Shown piece by piece: positions 59,687-64,000 of a stretch of 64,000 nt of DNA; position 1 is the stretch's first letter; every line of letters starts with the position of its first letter. Under the pieces are notes generated by a model. That model did no database searches and was not told where the DNA came from. It worked only from the letters and a program-made list of their open reading frames with translations. The position numbers were made by a program, and so were the translations under genes. Source of the stretch: Candidatus Velesiimonas alkalicola (GTDB lineage: Bacteria > Omnitrophota > Gorgyraeia > Velesiimonadales > Velesiimonadaceae); the NCBI GenBank assembly GCA_013626165.1, contig NDHX01000005.1, positions 26,875-90,874 of the forward strand, given 5' to 3'.

Positions 59687-62479
59687 ATGGGTTATACTGA
59701 TGAAAATTGGTATCATCTGCCAAGTGAACAGGTTTTTGAAATCCTAAGATCTGGCCAAACAGGGCTTACCCCAATGGATGCAAAAGCAAGGCTGGAAAAA
59801 TATGGGTATAACGAGCTGGAGGTCAAAAAGCAGAGTCCTCTTATTAGATTCTTGCTACAGTTCCATAATCCTTTGCTTTATATCTTGATACTTGCTGCCA
59901 TTGTTTCTATCTTTTTAGGTAAATTTATGGATATGGGAGTTATTATGGGCGTAGTTCTTGGCACAGTGATAATAGGTTTTATTCAAGAGGGAAAGGCCGA
60001 AGCCTCTTTAGAGTCCTTAAAAAAAATGATGGTACCGCAATGCACTGTGCGGAGGAATGGTGAAAAAGAGGTCATTCTTGCGAGGGAATTAGTTCCCGGT
60101 GATGTGGTTCTACTTGAAAGCGGCAATAGAGTGCCTGCTGACTTGCGTCTATTTTTAGCAAAGAACCTGAGTGCGGATGAATCAATGCTTACGGGAGAAT
60201 CGGTGCCGGTAAATAAAAATGTTGACCCTACCCCAAAACCAAATTTGGGCCCTGAGAGACAACACTGTATGTCCTTCAGTGGTACTTTCATTAAACGAGG
60301 TCGTGGAGAAGGAGTTGTAGTGGGAACTGGAGAGCAGACAGAGATAGGTAAAATCGCAGGAATGATGCGAGAAACTGAAAGAATTACACCACCAATAATG
60401 AAGAAAATAAATAGTTTCACCAGGTTCTTAATCATTATCATCCTCTCGCTTGGTGTGGTTAATTTTATAATAGGATTAATATTTGGCTATGAAGTTGGGT
60501 ATATGCTCCTTGTCGCGGTCGGGCTGATTGTTGCTGGAATACCGGAAGGGTTGCCCGCAATAGTAATCTCCACTTTTGCCTTTGGTGCTATGGCTATGGC
60601 ACGCCGACACGCGCTTATACGCAGGCTCCCAGCAGCAGAGACATTAGGGTGCACCACAGTTATATGCTCAGATAAGACTGGCACTCTTACCAGAAACGAG
60701 ATGACAGTGACTAAGATATATTGCGGGGGGAAGAACTATCAGATAAGCGGGGTTGGTTATGAGCCCAAAGGGGAGTTTATTCTAACTAATAATAGACTTA
60801 ATGCTTTACCGGCAAAAGAAAAGTCCCATGAAATACAAAAAGTTATCTCACAAGACAAGGAGTTGATTGAAACCCTACGAGCAGGCTACCTGTGCAGCAA
60901 CTCTGCTCTGGTGGAAGATGAGCAAAAGTTATATAGCATTAAAGGAGATCCTACAGAAGGAGCCTTGATTGTCTCGGCAACTAAGGCAAATGTTACCGAA
61001 AAATTTCCTAAATTAGATGAGATACCTTTTGAACCAGACCAACAATATATGGCTACTTTGCACAAGAGTAAAGGGGAAAATATTATCTATGTGAAGGGCT
61101 CGCCAGAGAAAGTTTTAGAAATGTGCCGGCATCAGTTAGTGGATGGAAATATTGAAGGGCTAAGAACTGGGGAAATATTAGACAGCTCGGATAAGATGGC
61201 CAAAGACGCCTTGCGTGTGCTTGGTATGGCGTATAAGGTTGTGGATGAAAAGAAAAACTCTTTTACCGAAAAAGAATTGGATGGGCTAATTTTCCTTGGG
61301 CTCCAGGGAATGATAGACCCACCGAGAGAGGAAGCAATAGCAGCAGTTAAGCAATGTAAGGCAGCCGGGATAAGAGTGGCGATGATAACCGGCGATCATC
61401 TACAGACAGCAAAGGCTATTGCCAGACAATTAGAAATAGGCAGTGGCAAGGATAAGGCATTAACAGGGGAAGATGTCCAGAGAATGGACGACAGGGAATT
61501 ATCTGAAGTGGTGAATGAAGTATCGGTGTATGCCAGAGTTGCCCCGGAACATAAGTTCAGGATAGTAGAGCAATTGCATAAAAAAGGCGAGGTTGTTGCT
61601 GTTACTGGAGATGGGGTGAACGATGCTCCGGCATTAAAAAGAGCTGACATAGGAATATCTATGGGGATAGCCGGCACCGAGGTAAGCAAGGAGGCTTCTG
61701 ATATGGTCCTGACTGATGATAACTTCGCCAGCATCGTTGCCGCAGTGGAGGAAGGCAGACATATCTTCAACAATATCTGGAAGGCTATCTTGTATCTGCT
61801 TCCTACAAATGGCGGTCAGATGATGGTAATGGTAGGAGCAGTGCTACTTTCGCCATTTATACCTATTTTTGTCGAGCGTCTTCCCTTGGAACCGATACAA
61901 ATCTTGTGGGTAAATCTAATTATAGCCATAGCCTGTGCTATACCTTTGATTGCAGAGGCCAAGGAAAAGGGTCTGCTTGATAGACCCCCGCGTGATATCA
62001 ACGAACCGTTGGCTAATACATTTCTCCTCCAGAGGGTTGGATTGGTGTCTCTTGTAACGGTAACCACAGTATTTACCATATTTGGTCTTGTTTATTTAGC
62101 GCTGCGTGATTCTGGTTCGGGAAACTACCTGGCACAGGCAGGAACAGCTGCATTCACCACGCTAATCTTTGTACAGGTCTGCTATCTGTTTACTGCTAGA
62201 TCAATAAAGGAGTCGGCATTTACATTTAGTCCGTTCTCAAATAAATGGGCACTCGCAGGCGCTGTCACAACCTTGGGATTGCAAATTATAATGGTTTATT
62301 CGTTGCCCTTGTTTGGAATCAGCCCATTTAAAACAGTACCTTTTCCTGCACAGTGGTGGTTGGTCATACTTTTGGTTGCACCAGCTGGTTTTTTTGCTGT
62401 TGAGATTGAGAAACTCATAAGAAGGAGATTATGTGATCCCAATATAACAATGTCCTGTAAAAAAAAGAGGACATTTTAA
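59687..62479 (+). CDS. Cation-transporting P-type ATPase (P2-type, Ca2+/Mg2+-ATPase-like)
   Basis: 930 aa with phosphorylation motif CSDKTGTLT, TGES and the GDGVNDAPAL hinge. It has 10 TM segments and is GC-richer than the upstream island. Confidence 0.9.
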   Translation: MGYTDENWYHLPSEQVFEILRSGQTGLTPMDAKARLEKYGYNELEVKKQSPLIRFLLQFHNPLLYILILAAIVSIFLGKFMDMGVIMGVVLGTVIIGFIQEGKAEASLESLKKMMVPQCTVRRNGEKEVILARELVPGDVVLLESGNRVPADLRLFLAKNLSADESMLTGESVPVNKNVDPTPKPNLGPERQHCMSFSGTFIKRGRGEGVVVGTGEQTEIGKIAGMMRETERITPPIMKKINSFTRFLIIIILSLGVVNFIIGLIFGYEVGYMLLVAVGLIVAGIPEGLPAIVISTFAFGAMAMARRHALIRRLPAAETLGCTTVICSDKTGTLTRNEMTVTKIYCGGKNYQISGVGYEPKGEFILTNNRLNALPAKEKSHEIQKVISQDKELIETLRAGYLCSNSALVEDEQKLYSIKGDPTEGALIVSATKANVTEKFPKLDEIPFEPDQQYMATLHKSKGENIIYVKGSPEKVLEMCRHQLVDGNIEGLRTGEILDSSDKMAKDALRVLGMAYKVVDEKKNSFTEKELDGLIFLGLQGMIDPPREEAIAAVKQCKAAGIRVAMITGDHLQTAKAIARQLEIGSGKDKALTGEDVQRMDDRELSEVVNEVSVYARVAPEHKFRIVEQLHKKGEVVAVTGDGVNDAPALKRADIGISMGIAGTEVSKEASDMVLTDDNFASIVAAVEEGRHIFNNIWKAILYLLPTNGGQMMVMVGAVLLSPFIPIFVERLPLEPIQILWVNLIIAIACAIPLIAEAKEKGLLDRPPRDINEPLANTFLLQRVGLVSLVTVTTVFTIFGLVYLALRDSGSGNYLAQAGTAAFTTLIFVQVCYLFTARSIKESAFTFSPFSNKWALAGAVTTLGLQIIMVYSLPLFGISPFKTVPFPAQWWLVILLVAPAGFFAVEIEKLIRRRLCDPNITMSCKKKRTF

Positions 62480-62551
62480 CTTTATTTATGATGATATCTT
62501 CATAAGCCCCAGCAATATTTTAACTTTTTTTCCGATCGTTTTCTCCTTTTT

Positions 62552-63697
62552 TTAAGAAGAACTCTTGAGAGCTATTCCTGCTTTCCGAATGGCATCCGAG
62601 ACAGACTTTGCCAACACGGTAATGTGTCCCATCTTCCTTCCTGGACGAATCTCATTTTTGCCATAGAGATGCAGGTTTACTCCTGCAATTTTCAAAACTC
62701 CATCTATCAGTGAGAATATATCCTTTTTGCACATTAGGCCGTCTCCCAAAATGTTAACCATTACTGCTGGCGATAGTAGATCGGTTGAGCCCAAGGGCAA
62801 GCCACAAATTGCCCTTATGTGCTGTTCAAATTGAGAAGTATAACAGGCTTCAATGGTGTAGTGTCCAGAATTATGCACCCGCGGGGCAATTTCATTAACT
62901 AAAATTGTTCTGTCTTTAAGTAAAAACATCTCCACTCCTATAACCCCTATTACCCCTAACCTTTCCGCAACCCTTTTAGCAATATTAGCTGCTTTTTTTT
63001 CTACCTCAGCAGGTATCCTGGCAGGAACAATAGACATATGAAGGATATTGTTGCAATGGGTATTTTCAGGTACAGGAAAAGTCTTTATCTGTCCATTCTT
63101 TCCTCGGGCGCAGATAACGGAAATCTCTTTAACAAAGGGAATAAACTTCTCCCATATCAAAGGACCAAAAGAAGACCTGGAAAAAACGTTTTCTAGCTCC
63201 TTCCTGTTTTTTAAGACTACCTGTCCTTTCCCGTCATAGCCACCGGTAGAGGTTTTAAGCACAGCCGGCAGCCCAAGTTCTAAAAAAGCCTTTTCCAAAT
63301 CAGAAGTCCTTTCTACAGCATAAAAATCAGCGGTCAGAATGCCTTGACTTCTTAAGAATTCCTTCTCCTTTATTCTATTTTGTGTAAGTTTTAAGGCCTT
63401 TGAGCAAGGAAAAACAGAAAACCCATGCTTCTCTAAATACTCAACTGTTTCTGCGGGGATATTCTCAAACTCATATGTCAAAACATCTACTTTTTTAGCT
63501 AATTTCAGGGCTTGAGTTTTGTTGCTAAATTCAGCCACAATCTGCTCATCGCACACCTGAGCGCAGGGACACCCTAAGGTAGGATCCAAGGTTATTACTC
63601 TATAGCCCATCTTCTTGGCCTCCTGAGCAAGCATCCTTCCCAATTGCCCTCCCCCAAGGATGCCTATAGTTGAAGGAGGATATATTTTTTTATACAT
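62552..63697 (-). CDS. purK: N5-carboxyaminoimidazole ribonucleotide synthase
   Basis: 381 aa with an ATP-grasp fold: [12 protein letters not shown] at the N-terminus and PurK-type motifs. Confidence 0.85.
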   Translation of the reverse strand: MYKKIYPPSTIGILGGGQLGRMLAQEAKKMGYRVITLDPTLGCPCAQVCDEQIVAEFSNKTQALKLAKKVDVLTYEFENIPAETVEYLEKHGFSVFPCSKALKLTQNRIKEKEFLRSQGILTADFYAVERTSDLEKAFLELGLPAVLKTSTGGYDGKGQVVLKNRKELENVFSRSSFGPLIWEKFIPFVKEISVICARGKNGQIKTFPVPENTHCNNILHMSIVPARIPAEVEKKAANIAKRVAERLGVIGVIGVEMFLLKDRTILVNEIAPRVHNSGHYTIEACYTSQFEQHIRAICGLPLGSTDLLSPAVMVNILGDGLMCKKDIFSLIDGVLKIAGVNLHLYGKNEIRPGRKMGHITVLAKSVSDAIRKAGIALKSSS

Positions 63698-64000
63698 TTT
63701 CCATTAATCCTTTTGCCTTTTCCTCAACTTCTTTAGATAAGCCCTCTTTATAATTTTGGACTTTTGTTCTTATTTCTGGATATTTCACACCCAAAACTTG
63801 AGCAGCTAAAATACCGGCGTTTCTCGCCCCATCTTTACCAATAGCCATTGTAGCGACAGGAACCCCCTTGGGCATTTGCACAATAGATAAAAGCGCATCC
63901 ACTCCTTTAAGCACCCCGGATTCAATAGGGACTCCGATGACTGCAAGAGTGGTACTTGCAGCAGTCATTCCAGGAAGATGTGCCGCTCCTCCGGCCCCGG
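63690..64000 (-). CDS. purE: N5-CAIR mutase PurE, C-terminal part (the gene continues past the window end)
   Basis: The partial ORF encodes ...[50 protein letters not shown], the PurE C-terminal signature. It lies upstream of purK on the same strand. Confidence 0.8.
   Translation of the reverse strand, partial: GAGGAAHLPGMTAASTTLAVIGVPIESGVLKGVDALLSIVQMPKGVPVATMAIGKDGARNAGILAAQVLGVKYPEIRTKVQNYKEGLSKEVEEKAKGLMENV

Overview
This window is an AT-rich stretch (GC judged low by eye; a few segments are visibly GC-richer) from the chromosome of a diderm bacterium, given LptF/LptG permeases and a TonB-like gene. Most of it is housekeeping: ASKHA/RACo-like Fe-S protein, DUF362, LOG, thiL, purB, leuA, a sugar epimerase, comF-like, recG, rsmD, tkt, ridA, eno-ftsB, priA, a NifS/IscS-like desulfurase, a P-type ATPase, and purK-purE. 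There are four tRNAs: Thr-UGU, Gln-UUG, Ala-CGC and Ser-CGA. Mobile and accessory content includes an intact ~1.38 kb IS with an rve-type DDE transposase and imperfect terminal inverted repeats, flanked by a perfect 17-bp direct repeat. There are also two transposase N-terminal remnants, two adjacent HicA/HicB pairs, a decayed MATE efflux gene and a GC-richer sugar ABC transporter block. The most striking region lies directly downstream of tRNA-Ser-CGA (about 50.47-59.35 kb). It is a defence island of three complete type II R-M systems, each headed by a small HTH controller (C) gene. System A pairs an EcoRI-family endonuclease with a Dam-like MTase, system B has a gamma-class NPPY MTase, and system C has a beta-class SPPY MTase. 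A fourth cassette keeps only the last 17 codons of a C gene, overlapping the start of a membrane-protein gene. The cassettes are separated by conserved junction sequences, and the 3' ends of the C genes are identical at the DNA level. This looks like a modular, recombination-driven R-M cassette array. Other points of interest are two paralogous Ddl-like ATP-grasp ligases translationally coupled to a KamA-family 2,3-aminomutase, a dispersed family of tandem GCACCAG heptamer arrays, and a dispersed GC-rich hairpin-containing repeat family. There is also a TatD-radical SAM fusion followed by a CPBP protease gene, a promoter / Lys-rich mini-ORF / hairpin unit before purB, and a structured noncoding region beside tRNA-Ala. 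No CRISPR array and no rRNA were seen.
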